A DNA stretch of 59,858 bases, counting the filler, from Basidiobolus ranarum (taxonomy: Eukaryota), in assembly GCA_040143965.1 (NCBI GenBank). It is 5 parts of 5 records of this genome, joined end to end, with 100 filler letters (N's around TTAATTAATTAA, not from the genome) between each part and the next. Parts side by side here need not be neighbours in the genome. Positions count along the whole stretch, not along the records: positions 12,032 to 23,942 come from JASJQH010000579.1; positions 24,043 to 35,929 come from JASJQH010000580.1; 3 more parts are not named here. One strand, given 5' to 3'. Positions 15,001 to 27,699 of this stretch are shown here, in pieces. Positions within the stretch are counted from its first letter, which is position 1, and each line of letters begins with the position of its first letter. The translations under genes were made by a program, and so were the position numbers. A model generated the notes under the pieces. It ran no database searches, was not told where the DNA came from, and saw only the letters and a program-made list of their open reading frames with translations.

Positions 15001-16162
15001 ATTATAAGCCTAAACATTTGGATTATGGAAGCTTGAAAGGAGGGAATTTTGCTGAACTTGTGAATTTATTCCGGTTAGAAGAAGCTGACATGATGCTTTT
15101 GGGAGTGAAACTTAGAGGAGTCAGTTCATGTTATTTATAGAAGTCCTTAAAGTTTTTACTTATCAAGTTCGATTTTGTAGATAAGCGGCGTTGAGAGGTT
15201 GCTTGAAGAATTGGGGTCAGCTTGGAAGCCCTATATCATCAGCACCCAAGTTCCAAATGTAGTTACTGGAGTGGCATCGGTAAAAACCTTAGTAAATCTA
15301 GGGAGTGGTTTGGCTGATTTAGTCTTACTACCTGTCGAACAGTACATGAAGGACGGACAATTAATCAGAGGTAAACCATGAATTAAATTATCACACATCT
15401 TTAGTGACATTGGAAATCTTGGATATTAATTGATCAACCAATATACTCAGGTATACAAAGAGGTGCCTCGTCATTTGCGAAAGCAACCACTATGGAGATT
15501 ATTAAATTAGGGACCAAACTAGCAGTAGGAGCGCAGGTACTGTTAGAGCAGGCAGATGACATTCTATCATTTGATCATGATGAAGAACGACTTCGACGAA
15601 ACAGTAATTACGAAGTAGACCCCGAAGAAGACGAGGCCGCTCATCCAAAGAGCAAGTATTCAGAACAGCCCAGCGACTTCAATGAAGGTAAATAGGGGGA
15701 AATCACTAAATGTCCGGGACTCGTGTGAGTTTGAAATCTAAAGTACTTTGAAACGTATAGGAATTGAACTTGCGTACAAAAGCCTTAGTAAAAATATTGG
15801 AACTGCAACCCATTCACTCATCACTGTGCCCATACAGATATACGATCGCTCAGGAGCTCAGGTAATCTAATACCTCCTTTAATATTTAATATGTAAAAGC
15901 GAGAACAGACTTCTCTGATATAAATTCATTATTTGCAGAGCTCTATTCGAGCTTTAATAAGAGGAACCCCCAGTGCAGTACTGAAGCCTATGATCGGGGC
16001 CACCGAAGCTATATCCAAAGTCCTGTTAGGTGCGCGGAACTCTATTGATCCGAACAAACGATTACAAATGGAGGATGTAAGTGTTCACTGTAAAACGATC
16101 ACATGAAAACGAAAAATACTAATTGTGACTTTACTCAAACTGATACTTAGAAATACAAGTAG
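12032..16162 (+). CDS. ATG2: Autophagy-related protein 2, C-terminal part (5'-truncated at contig start; multi-exon)
   Basis: ATG2 motifs LETCPDSFQTL, DVEIIDRVQTSMWKKFLSYL, LRLK/IRLLPIRLHIDQDTL, KFDYKPK, NLGSGLADLVLLPVEQY, KPMIGATEAISKVLLGARNSIDP, ending MEDKYK* after a final intron at 16077-16150. Confidence 0.93.
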
Positions 16163-16896
16163 CCATTTGGTTACTCAAAGCGCTGTGTATGTAAACAATA
16201 TAATATGAGCCCTGGTAAAGGACATTCAATGTATGAAAATAAATATTAGCCACAATCATCAATTCGACGGAATCTATTCTCACTATTTCCGTCAACACTC
16301 CAAGTATGACATTGCTGAACTTTTTTCGATCGCTACAATAATCTGCAGTCATTCCCTTTATCATTTGTACTGCAAGCTTGGGCATTTATATTTTGTCACC
16401 GACATCTTCAGCGAATTCTATTTATAAAGTGGATACTAATACAAGACCGAGTGGAAGAGGAGATGGATAAAAGCTAATTGAACAATCGATAGTTGATGTT
16501 GATTGGCTTTGTTTACATATGAAACATGTTCATCTTAATGAAACAGCTTTCATATATACCCTACGATGAAGTTTATTTCATCGAAAAAGTGTGGGGATGA
16601 TATACGCATATTGAATTTACAAAGTTTAAAACTGATATAATAATTCAAACAAAAAAATTTGATTAAAAAAAATATGAACTCATCCAATCCAAAATATTCA
16701 AAATCTCTAATTATTCGGGGGTTAGGATGAATAGACGTGAAGAACGTGGGAGTTGTGAGCGCTGTCGTGGTTATCACGCGTTTAATATTTGCCACTTCCA
16801 AGTTTACCCACTTCATTCAACCTCTTCTTCGCCCATCTACTCTTCTTGACAATATAGTCACTTCATTGTTGAAGGGATATTCAAACACTGAGTCAT

Positions 16897-18285
16897 ATGT
16901 CGGCCCCAGTACACTTGAATGAGCTATCAAAAAAGCGGGAACGTTCCGAGCATTGGGATAGAGAAGAAACAGTAGCTTTAATTAATTTATATCAGAATCA
17001 TCGTGAAGAGTTTCGTGATCCAAAAAGTAAACCCAAACAAATTTGGGAAACTATCGCGGACCAAATGTTAGATGGTGGTTACGCTAGAAATAGAGAACAT
17101 TGTAGAAATAGATGGAAAGTTTTATGTAGAGATTATAAGGTTTAGTTGGAGTTTTACTTTCCTTTTAGTAAACTTACGTTTTTTTTACTTCCTTTTCTAA
17201 TTCCTTAGGGCTTTGTCCTTTCTCCTTTACTAGAAAGCTCAAGATAACTTCGGTCTGAAAAAATTCAAGTATTATCAGGAAATGGCTAACGCTCTTCAGT
17301 ACAACTCTCCTGATCTTGCTGTGAATATGGGACTAGTCATAGATGGTCAAGGTGTAGATACTGTTTTAGGCACCTCTACTTCAAACCCTATCGCTCTTTC
17401 CTTAGGCTTGGCTGATGCCACCAGCCCACACATTAGCATGGAAAACAAAAAGCGAGAACGTTCGGAGCATTGGCATCGTAATGAAACCATTGCTCTCATC
17501 AACTTCTATAAAAGCCATAAAGCTGAAGGTGGAAAGCCAAAAAAGAAGCCTCGCGATCTATGGGAAGCCATTGCATCTCAGATGCAAGAAGCTGGATATA
17601 TTAGAAATCAGGAGCACTGTAGAAACAGATGGAAAGTATTATGTCGAGATTTTAAGGTAAATCATCTATTAGTAATAAAAGAAATATTGACTCAGATAAC
17701 TCATCCTCTCGTTCTCAGAACAGTAAAGACCAAGGAGAATTGGAATGCGGAAAAAGGTACAAGTATTATGATGATATGTCTTCTGCGTTAGAAGTTCATT
17801 ATTCACATCATCATATCGAGCCTACTCCTCCTATCATGTCGCCATCTCCCTCGCCTCAATCTTCTGTCAAGTTCACCAACAGTATAGCGGACATGCATGA
17901 TAAGACGGACCTTTTATCCAGCAATTATCTAATGACAGCATCTTCACACATACAAAGCCCATCTTCATTAGCCAACAACAAAACCAAAGTGGCTCTAATA
18001 TATGAAGGTCGTCGAATTCCACAGAAGCTGGTGATCTATCCCAATTCTTCCTCCGTAGATTTGGAGAGCACCATTAGAACATTGTGTAGAATACCTGGCA
18101 ACAAAGGGATTCTCTTGCTTGATGATGAAGGAGATGCAGTTCCGATTTCAAATGTTTTGCCAAATGGTGAGGTGTTCACAGTGGCGGTGTTAGATGACAA
18201 TCGATACCGGGGGGAATTAACACTTGACAATCCTCATCCAAATGATCTAATGATGGTAAGTCAGCTAATACAATACCAGCAATGA
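16897..18285 (+). CDS. Transcription factor with two Myb/SANT-like (trihelix) domains and a C-terminal ubiquitin-like-looking domain (3 exons)
   Basis: Two repeats of KKRERSEHW..ET.ALI..Y...W..IA.QM...GY.RN.EHCRNRWKVLCRD[YF]K. Introns at about 17140-17233 and 17657-17718. Confidence 0.85.
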
Positions 18286-18781
18286 TACATCATCAGTAGT
18301 AAACTTATGGAACACTGTCTGTATAGTATAAATCATCGGATCTCTTATTTTAAGGGAACCATCAATATAAGCAAGGTTCCACTTTCGTAGTCGTAGTTGC
18401 CTTGTCACTATTACAAATCCACGGTTACAAGATAATTGCCTGCTTACCGTATGAATTTGGATTAATATCTGTAACGGAATCGCGCCTGTATAACAATTGT
18501 TAATATTGAACAAACTCAAGTAAGCTCGTACAGCATTGACAATGGTACATAACGCCATCCAGTACTTGTCTGGGACGTTCTTTAACCACGTTAAACTTTC
18601 ATCTTCCACTCGCAGAAGAGGTGTTAATTGTCATCCATTAAACATTCATTTATTCATATTGATTTTGTGGTAGCATACATCCATGCAAGTAAACGTAGCT
18701 TATTATATTGACTGCATAAAGCTTATATCAAGTGCGAGTAAGGCTACACCTAAATATACAATAAATTATCGCTCAGATGAT

Positions 18782-19468
18782 TTATTTAGCGGAATTTTGA
18801 AAGCCACACTTTTTGCATTGACTTAAATCTGAGCTGTTGGCATATTTCTCGATAATTGGTTTGAGCTGAGTTCCCAGATCAGTACAATGGAAGCTTTCTT
18901 CGTAAACGACTTCTCGACAGCTGTCACAATACCAACGAAGGCGGTCTAAAATTATGTTTAGCTTGGAGTTAAAATACTCATATATACACAGGAATTTACC
19001 AGTTTCATTTGGCTGCCTTTGGCGCTCTATAACTACTCCAATAGTATCAGCAAAGCGAACCGGATTGTGAGGGATATTGGCTATCAAACAGATACGAGAG
19101 GTTAGCTCTATGTAATACTCTACAGTTGAAAAGAAGTAGATTACCAGGTAACAAAAAGAATTCGCCTTCCTTGATGTTCACATCTTCGAATTTCCCGTCA
19201 TTCATGAGTTTAAGCAACATATCACCTTTATATTGATAAAACCATTCCTAGATAGACCTGAGTTAGTTCCGATACATAACCCTCGAAAACCCAAGTAAAT
19301 CACCTCAGTCTCGTTAATGTGATAGTCGTTGCGTTTATTAGGCCCGCCAACCGCCATGACAATGAAGTCCCCTTTTTGAATGAGATAATTATTGACTGGG
19401 GGCTGGAGTTTATCTTTGTGTTCTTCAATCCACTCTTTAAAGTTAATCGGTGGTAAAACGGAGGGCAT
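18782..19468 (-). CDS. BNA1: 3-hydroxyanthranilate 3,4-dioxygenase (4 exons)
   Basis: [54 protein letters not shown], and rubredoxin-like CxxC pairs (WYCDSC, CKKC). Confidence 0.95.
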
Positions 19469-22400
19469 TGTAGATAGGTGGTCTTTAAGCTTCAGGTTGA
19501 AGTGACTTCAATTGGACATTAATGGCATTTATAGTAAATCCCTGGGAAAGCCTCATTCGCAGTGGGGGTTGATAGATGTAAATACTACGATCACGTGCGA
19601 CATCATTTATGTAATTTATCAACATCCTATGAATATATGGGAATTTAACTAACTGAAAATGGTTATCCTTTGGGCCCTAATTAGGAAACTCACCATATAT
19701 GTGGACTGTGGTATTAGTGTTCAAAGTGCCATGTTCAGTTGTATCATGGAAAGTGCTTCATAGGTTCCCACGACTGATGGATTAGGGATTCAGAAGTTGT
19801 TAAACTGAGGTTGTGAGGTTGATAGCACTGAGCATATTGAGAATACAGGCTGAACACATGATAGTTCGGGATTGTGGTCTTCCCATTTCTCGTTGAACTC
19901 GGTCCTCAGAGCCTGCTGTGACCATTGTATAGAGAAGATTAGGTCTGAATTCTTGGCTTGAATGTGCGGTGTCTACTCTGGTTTGCACATATTCCATGAA
20001 AGCAAGGTGATACAGTAGCTCCAAAGTTCACACTACTATCAACAAAATCGGCGGTCTTACTATGCTAGACCACGTAATCAGTGTACCAAAAAGTAGATTT
20101 CTCCAAGCAGTCAGGATTGTGTACAAATAAGGGATTGGATCACTGAGTCGAATTAATCCATTTGTGACTTACTCTGGGTAGAAATGCTCACGGGAATGAG
20201 GACGAATGGATTGGACGCCTTATACTCGAGAGCGAGAGGGAGAAGAATGTATGCAATCATTCCCACCAACAAACTCATTCATTTAGCCATCCGCTCAATA
20301 AACTAACCATGCCCAAAGCTTCTCTGGCAAACTCTGATTACGAAGTTGCTATATAGATACCTTGGCTTGTATCTCTATCGATTTACTTCGATGTCACCAA
20401 CCTTTCCAGAATTTCTCAATGAGTCTCCAATCAGTTTAGCTGTGTCGGTAGCGGCAGCGTAAGAGTTCATGCTCGTTATCGACGTCTGGTATTATAGTTG
20501 GCATAAGACACCTTTTGAATACCTAAATGTCTAGATCCCGATAAGCATAGGACAATGCAAGGTTATTCCTACGGCGATTGGTCATGTTTCTATCTTACAC
20601 AGTTGTTCATCTTAGTGAGAAAATCAATAACTTTTTTGACCATTCATGCCCTGATACTATATGCAAAGTATACGTGTATGTTGAGAAAAGACTTGTCCAA
20701 AGTACCGCAAGTCTTCACCATAGTCTCTTGAGGAATGCTTCCTCGTTATCGTTCTATCCACTATATATATATCCTATTTAAGCATTAATTACATAAGCAG
20801 AAACCTTGTGTAATTGACTCTACACCGTAGATTCAGATACATCAGAGCTTCTCTTTGGAATTAAAGAGACCAAGGTTAGCAAGGGCTTTTGTATAAATTT
20901 GAGCAGCTTGCTTGCACATTTTTTAGAAGCGATTTCAGAAAATTTCAGCTGTCTTGAGAGATTATGTCAGCCTTAATTTAGCTATAGAAGCGATGTATTG
21001 AGTTGGATCATAGATTGATAACCAACTGTTCTAGTTTAGAAGCTTATCACACGATGGTCAAGACAGTTTTCGAATGAAAAGTGTATGTCTCTCAAAGCTC
21101 TGAACATGTGTATTGTATATATGTTTTGGTGTCAAGCGTGGTCAACGTACAAGCGGAAGTGACTTCTACATAGCAGTTGGATAGATAGTATAGTCAAGAT
21201 TGTAAAATAGGGACTGTTTCTGGTAGTGATGTGCTATCATATTCTCCTAGTGTTTAATGGACTTAATCTTGACATTTTACTCTGACTCATTCCAAACCAC
21301 AGCCTAAATACTGCTGATAATAGTATATATAATAGTAGCCGTAAAGTCATCAAGAATCCATTCCAAAAATACTCCAATAATATTGTAATGATATCTGGGT
21401 TGAAGTTTGGAGTATATGTGTATGGCATACTACATATGATGCGCAATGAAAACTATCTTGTGGCCAACTAAAATTATTCTACCATATTTCACCTGATTGT
21501 TTGGCATAATTGCTATCAATTACGAAGTGAAAATCACATTAATTCCAATGCTCTTAGGTACTACCTTTTCATCTGTGACAGTTTCAATAAACGTCAGTTT
21601 TTTAACTTAACCAATGACTGGGTTGGAATCTTCTATGTTTACTAGTTATCCTGAACACTTGCAATTCCTCACAAATCTTTGCATCAGCACTCCACAGTTA
21701 TCTGATGAGCACAATTCTGCACTCTTTTCACAGTATAAAGCCCAATATATTGTGTATAAACTCTGCTCTTAAGATTCATGTCGAACTAACATATGCTACT
21801 GTTGCACGTTTTCAGGAAATCATAAAATGTATCAACAAATGAGTTTGCCAGTGGTATTGCAAGTACTGGACATTGCAAAATCTCAGCAAATACCATCTGG
21901 AATATACTCCACACCCACCCAGGATTGATTTACTCAACTCTCAACCCATGGTCTCCATATAGCGCCATCATTATCTCAGGTTTTTGAATGCAATTAATCA
22001 GGAAACAATATGGTTGCTCATTTGATTCAGGTTAATTCAATAAGGAGGACAATAGCCGCAGTGAGGTGGGCAGATGTCCTGCAAAATACTTGTTGAATTC
22101 AAGCAGGGCTTCTCTATACTACCCACCAACCAACCAGGTAGATATATTGAAGAAGTCATTCCTGAGACGTGCGTAGTCAAATGAGGACAGGGGTAATAGT
22201 TTACCAATTTCTCATTGGGACACCAGGTGCCATCTTCCAAATAGGTATTCTGAATTGCCCATCTTAAGGGTTTGAGATCAACCTTACGCATGGCATATAC
22301 AAGAAACCTAGACAATGATTCTATATCATACCAGCAACCAATATCGGGCCCCTATATGAGAATCCCTTTAGAATCGGAGCTGGATAGATATTGGATTTAG

Positions 22401-23169
22401 TTTACTCCAACCACAACGCAGTTGCTATGGGAACATCGACAAGTTGCAGAGGAACTACTTCTTATACTTTCCAACTGCCTAAAGACGATCGCTTGTAGAC
22501 AATGGCGTTTTGATCGAAAGGAACTTCGATGGGTGTGAACAATGTGTTGTTGTTTAGAAGCCAATGAATCTCTTGAATATCTCTTGGGCTGCTTTTATTG
22601 CTTCAACAAAGTTACAATATGTTTGCGTCATTGGCTAAGAATAACAGCAATAGAGGATCTTACTATTCATTGACGTCAAGCACCTAGGTTCCAACTGAGA
22701 GCGACTCGTCCGATCTGAGACAACTAATGGCATGCTGATCGCGAACATATGTGCATCCTTTGGTTTCAAACAGATCGGATCTTGTTAGCATAAGCACTAG
22801 AGTCGTGACAACAAACAAAATCACTGTTTAAGTTATGTTGTGAGATAGTTGTTGATTTCACAGTAGGCCGAGATGGCTACGCAAAACATCAGCGCATTTG
22901 TATGGGCGCAAGTTATACTGCAGCTTCAAGAAATCCTTCAGCATTCATATATATACATTAGGTGGAGGGATTATTGTCAACCATCTACATCGTGAAGAGG
23001 TCTACGAGACTACTTTTTAAACTCAATCTTAACTCTCCAGGTGTCTCCATCTAGATTCTCTGAGCACAATCGAACAAAGCGCCTTGTTTTTTCGAACTTT
23101 CGGTACTTGCATTCGAGGAGTGAAATTTGGTCAGATTGGATTGAGATATCCCTCTACGGGTCTAGGTAA

Positions 23170-23942
23170 ATGGGCAAAAGTTGCAGTTATCGCAGCAGCT
23201 ATCCGAAAGTAATAACGAATGAGTATAGTCCACAGCAGGCTCGAGGAAAATGTTGCTATTGCTTTGGGTTTCTACTATGTTTGATATTTGTAGGAGCAGG
23301 GATCACTACATTCCTATTGTATGTGCGTGCTCCCGGCATATCGTTTAATGCCATTGTGCCTCCTGAGCAAGGAGTAGCTCCCTTCGCACTTGAAGGCACC
23401 CAAACCATCGTATTCAACTTCCGATTGAACATTACGGTAGTAAATCCGAACTTTGTTGGCGCGAAATTTGACAAGATCATAGCTACTGTGAGTGAATGGT
23501 TGTGCAGGGATTGAACGCCAAACTGACCTAAGTTATTTTTTAGGGATACCATCCTTTATTGCCCGGTGTGAAGTTTGGTAATGGAACGCTAAAGGATGTC
23601 AACATCACACAGCAGAACTCCACCGTCTTGGTGTTTCCTTTCGCTCTGTATTATGGTAAACCTTTGGACCCTGAAGATAAGGTACTCAAAGATATTGCCG
23701 GCAGATGTGGGCTGATTCCAGGAAAAGAGAAGAAGCCTATTACCATTGAGTATGAAATTGAGTTGTATTTTTCCATATCAACCATTACTGGAATTGCTCC
23801 TACAATTCGAGGGAAAGCCGAATTTGAATGCCCCATACCGGTAATTGATTAAAGCTAGTGATGACCTGTTGATTCATACTAATCCATGTTGTTCCTTTTA
23901 GACTGGAGCGAATTTGGGACCGCTAGGGGCATCCATACTAGG
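23170..23942 (+). CDS. Single-pass membrane protein with a LEA_2-like domain (3'-truncated at contig end)
   Basis: Cys-rich stretch and TM helix followed by NITVVNPNFVG...KIIAT/GYHP...FGNG. Introns at about 23488-23542 and 23841-23900. Confidence 0.75.
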
Positions 23943-24042
23943 NNNNNNNNNNNNNNNNNNNNNNNNNNNNNNNNNNNNNNNNNNNNTTAATTAATTAANN
24001 NNNNNNNNNNNNNNNNNNNNNNNNNNNNNNNNNNNNNNNNNN
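23943..24042. other. Artificial contig spacer
   Basis: N44-TTAATTAATTAA-N44. Confidence 0.98.
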
Positions 24043-24043
24043 G

Positions 24044-24115
24044 GAGGAGGAGGAAGATGAAGAGGAGGAGCCAAGTGACTGTAAGGGAAAAGGAAAGGAA
24101 GTCCTCAAGGAGTAG
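24044..24115 (+). CDS. C-terminal fragment of a gene truncated by the contig start
   Basis: Reads EEEEDEEEEPSDCKGKGKEVLKE*, an acidic tract plus the KGKGK motif common in fungal proteins. Confidence 0.5.
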   Translation, partial: EEEEDEEEEPSDCKGKGKEVLKE

Positions 24116-24534
24116 CAGAGAACGCTAGCGTTAGTATTGCCACCTGAAAATTTCTTAGACAATAAATAAAGTGCCATAGAAGATTTTGGTAGAGAGCATT
24201 GGATATGCATTTCAAATCCTTTCCACAATCCATAGTGACCATCTCTAATTGTGTCGTAATTGAGCGTTGTCCAGATATAGACTCTGGATCAGCTCGTCAG
24301 ATCAGCTATACGCTTTTGTAGCGAATTTATTAGGATTTACGTCATTTATCGACAAACTACTGTCAACCCTTTTAGCCATCGAGAAACAGCTATCATGAAT
24401 CTCAACCTCATATTTGGTCATAAAATTCTGACCATCGATTTTGCCAAGAAATAGTGATTGTAACCTGAATAAAATTACTTCCAAACCTTACTCGTATTAT
24501 ACACGCTTGAATTTTGCAGCACAACACGACACAA

Positions 24535-25482
24535 ATGGAGAGTATCCTTTTTTTCTTTCAAGTATATTGGAGCTGTAAGCGAGATATTTTCAGCTAGGAA
24601 GATAGTTATATTTATGTATCTACTATGTCTTTCATATCTTTAACTTGATGTTCTGCTCTGACTTTGTTTTGAAAAGAAAGTCTTTTTCAGCTAAAGGTTA
24701 GTTTTCTGAGAGTAAATGGTTCCATTCAGCTGTATCGCTTACTTTGTGAACATATCTAGTTTACCACCAAAACTCTTCAAAGACAAGCCAAAAAAGCTAG
24801 TAAAGATGAGACCGTTGAGAAGAACAAACTCAAAAAAGTATTAGACACATCCAGGGTTTAATCAACATTAAGATGTCCAGATTAACCATTTTCATATCAA
24901 ATTATAGGCAATCCAACAAGGTAACATGGAGGGGGCTCGAATCTATGCTGCTAATGCCATTCGTAAGAAGAACGAATCGCTTAATCTATTAAGACTCTCG
25001 TCTAAAATTGATGCTGTTGCTAGTAGAGTACAGACTGCTGTCACTATGAGAAAGGTAACGTGTCGTTTACCTGTACTATTACTATATTGCCGACGTATAC
25101 AGCTTTCATGTAACACTACCTTTGTCTTGATCCTTCTCTTCGATAGGTTACCGCTTCCATGGCCAACGTAGTAAAAGGGATGGATAAGGCTATGCAGTCC
25201 ATGAATCTTGAAAAGATCTCCATGGTCATGGATAAGTTTGAATCTCAATTTGAAGATTTAGATGTTCAAACTGAATATATGGAAGGCGCAATGGGTGGTG
25301 TGACTACTTTGGCTACACCTCAGGAAGAGGTAGATGGTCTAATGCAACAAGTTGCTGATGAGGCGGGATTGGAGCTTAATCATGAGCTTGGAAATACTCC
25401 GTCTGGACTACTTGAAAAGCCTTCTGGACACAAAGATTATGATGAGCTAACGGATAGATTGGCTAAACTTAGAAATATTTAA
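24535..25482 (+). CDS. DID2: ESCRT-III accessory protein Did2/Vps46/CHMP1 (5 exons)
   Basis: Spliced protein [58 protein letters not shown]...[14 protein letters not shown]...[12 protein letters not shown] (MIM1 motif). Confidence 0.95.
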
Positions 25483-26482
25483 CTTTGTTCACTCATTATA
25501 CTTTCGATGCCTTATATTATTTACTCTTTGTAGGTTCATGTTATTAAACTTAGTATTCATCGACTTATGTTGTGACCCTTCTCCCTTTCTTGTTCCAACA
25601 TTTCTTAATGTATAATCCATGAAATGATTACCAGAATCATAAAGCTCATTTAAAGATCTTGCTGTTTTAAAAAAGCCCATCATCGTCTATTGTTACCATG
25701 GACTCGATTAATCGTAGCGGAGTCTATTTAAGGATCTCAATTCCAGAATGATATGTACCCATAGACATTTGTTGATGCACAGGATACTATCGGATCCTTA
25801 CAGGGGATATGTGCATTTGATGATAGATGCCATTAATATCATTTTGTCATGCAGTTGCTGCAGATGGACGATTATTTCCTCGTGGAAAGTTCCAAGATTT
25901 CATGTGTTAATGATTACCAGTCAGGGTAACATTTTCCGGGTTAGGATTCCCTGAACGTTATTCTAGGTTCCAAGCGTTTCAATCGGGAAGTGGGGTACTG
26001 GAGAAAGCACCAGGCTGTTGCTAGTAGTACTCGTGCTGCTCCTTTGCGATCAGACTTCAATAGGCTTTCCATCCTAAAACTCTTAATCACCCCCTTACAC
26101 TGTAAATGGATTGACATGTTGTATTGCCTTGGTGGAAAGGTTGAGGTGGTGACGTCATGGGTGACGCAGGTGAACATTTATGTAGTAATTAAAGAAGATC
26201 TAGGAAGAAGAATGGTGTAGACAGTGCAGGATAATATCGCAGTGTAACCCTGATAAGAGTTACACTAGCGCTGGCATTAGACATCTCTACAGAAGAGACA
26301 GCCATTCTGAGGGTTTGTTTATTGTAGGTAATTGGCCCAAGCCAAAGTAGGATAAAACCGGCAAATGACCCTCCAGCTTCGCCATTTATCAACAATATTT
26401 AATCCTCGGGTTGGTGACAGCATCTGCTCTAGATTAACTCTTACTTTACACCCCACTACTCCTCTAACATCTAACCTTTAAA

Positions 26483-27089
26483 ATGGCTTTTCATTCTGAT
26501 ACTGTATTCAAGGTCGTCAACTGTGTATGCGGCGCTTTAATGGCATTGGGGGGTATCAACCTCCTCATACATGGTGGATTTCAACCAATTGTTATTGGCC
26601 TCTACGCAATGTAAGTAACTTCTATGTGTTGACGGTTTAATGGCTGTCAAACTGACATTTCCTTAGCGTTCTCGGCCTAGCACTCATTGCTCTTGAATTT
26701 CGTATCCCTGGCCCGATCTCTAATCAAATGCCATTCCTATTCAACTTTTTCGGCAAGGGACTATGTAAGTAGAACTATCCATGAATGTTTCTTTCATTGA
26801 ATACATAACAAAGTACACGTACTAATCTTTGTGAAATGTTCATTACTTGTGCACCGCTTCAAGTCTATATATTGTAAGTAGCAGTCGATAACTGAAGCTG
26901 GCAAGGGTTTCATAGGTTTATTTAGGCAATATAACTAATCGACTCTTCTAATCTAGCATTGGCTGCATCATCTTGAACGGACGTGTCATCAACTTAATTG
27001 CCGGTCTAATCGTTATTCTAGCTGGTATCGCCTATGCAGGACTGCACTTTACATCGCTAAAGCCCACCACAGAGACATCTCAAGTATGA
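26483..27089 (+). CDS. COPI-associated / Tvp15-like Golgi membrane protein, 122 aa (4 exons; absent from the ORF track)
   Basis: Exons 26483-26610, 26667-26764, 26864-26873 and 26957-27089 splice in frame: MAFHSDTVFKVVNCVCGALMALGG...LEFRIP...FLFNFFGKGLFYIFIGCIIL...IAYAGLHF. The FLxxxxGxGxFYIFxG motif is typical of the family. Confidence 0.85.
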
Positions 27090-27699
27090 CCGAAATCATC
27101 AGTAATGAATGACCTCTTATAATATTTCCACCAGTACGGCCAACATTGGAAGAAGCCATACACATCATTGCTTCGAATTTGATTTTGTTAAAACATGGGC
27201 ATTGTAAAGATTCTTCGCGACCGGTAAGTTCCTACAACACAGGTCAATATCGTATAGTTTCCAGCTGTTTTTAAATCCTGTTAAATCCCTCATGTAATAC
27301 TCAAATAAACTATAAATCATCATCTAATGCAGCACCTTGGCGCCTTTGAGGCCAAGATCTTCATGAAATTTGGCGTAGGACTAGGGTTAATTCCATTTTA
27401 TACAGTAAGGATGTTACCATCCTTTTCGGTGGATATGTAAAATGAAGGACAAGATACTAACAGTTGAAGATATATTTACATACATATCGGGTACTTCAAA
27501 TAATGTCTATTTATCCAGGAGGGACAGCTGCCGTTTCAGAGAAACAAAGCATCTCTAGATGTATGAGAGTAGTACGTGAATGATCAACATTATCGATTCT
27601 TGTTTCCGTTAACATTTACATTTTTCAATGGATAAAGATCGATCACAATCGCTTTCTATAAGAGCAAGCGATCCGTTACGATGGATGGGAAACAATGTA

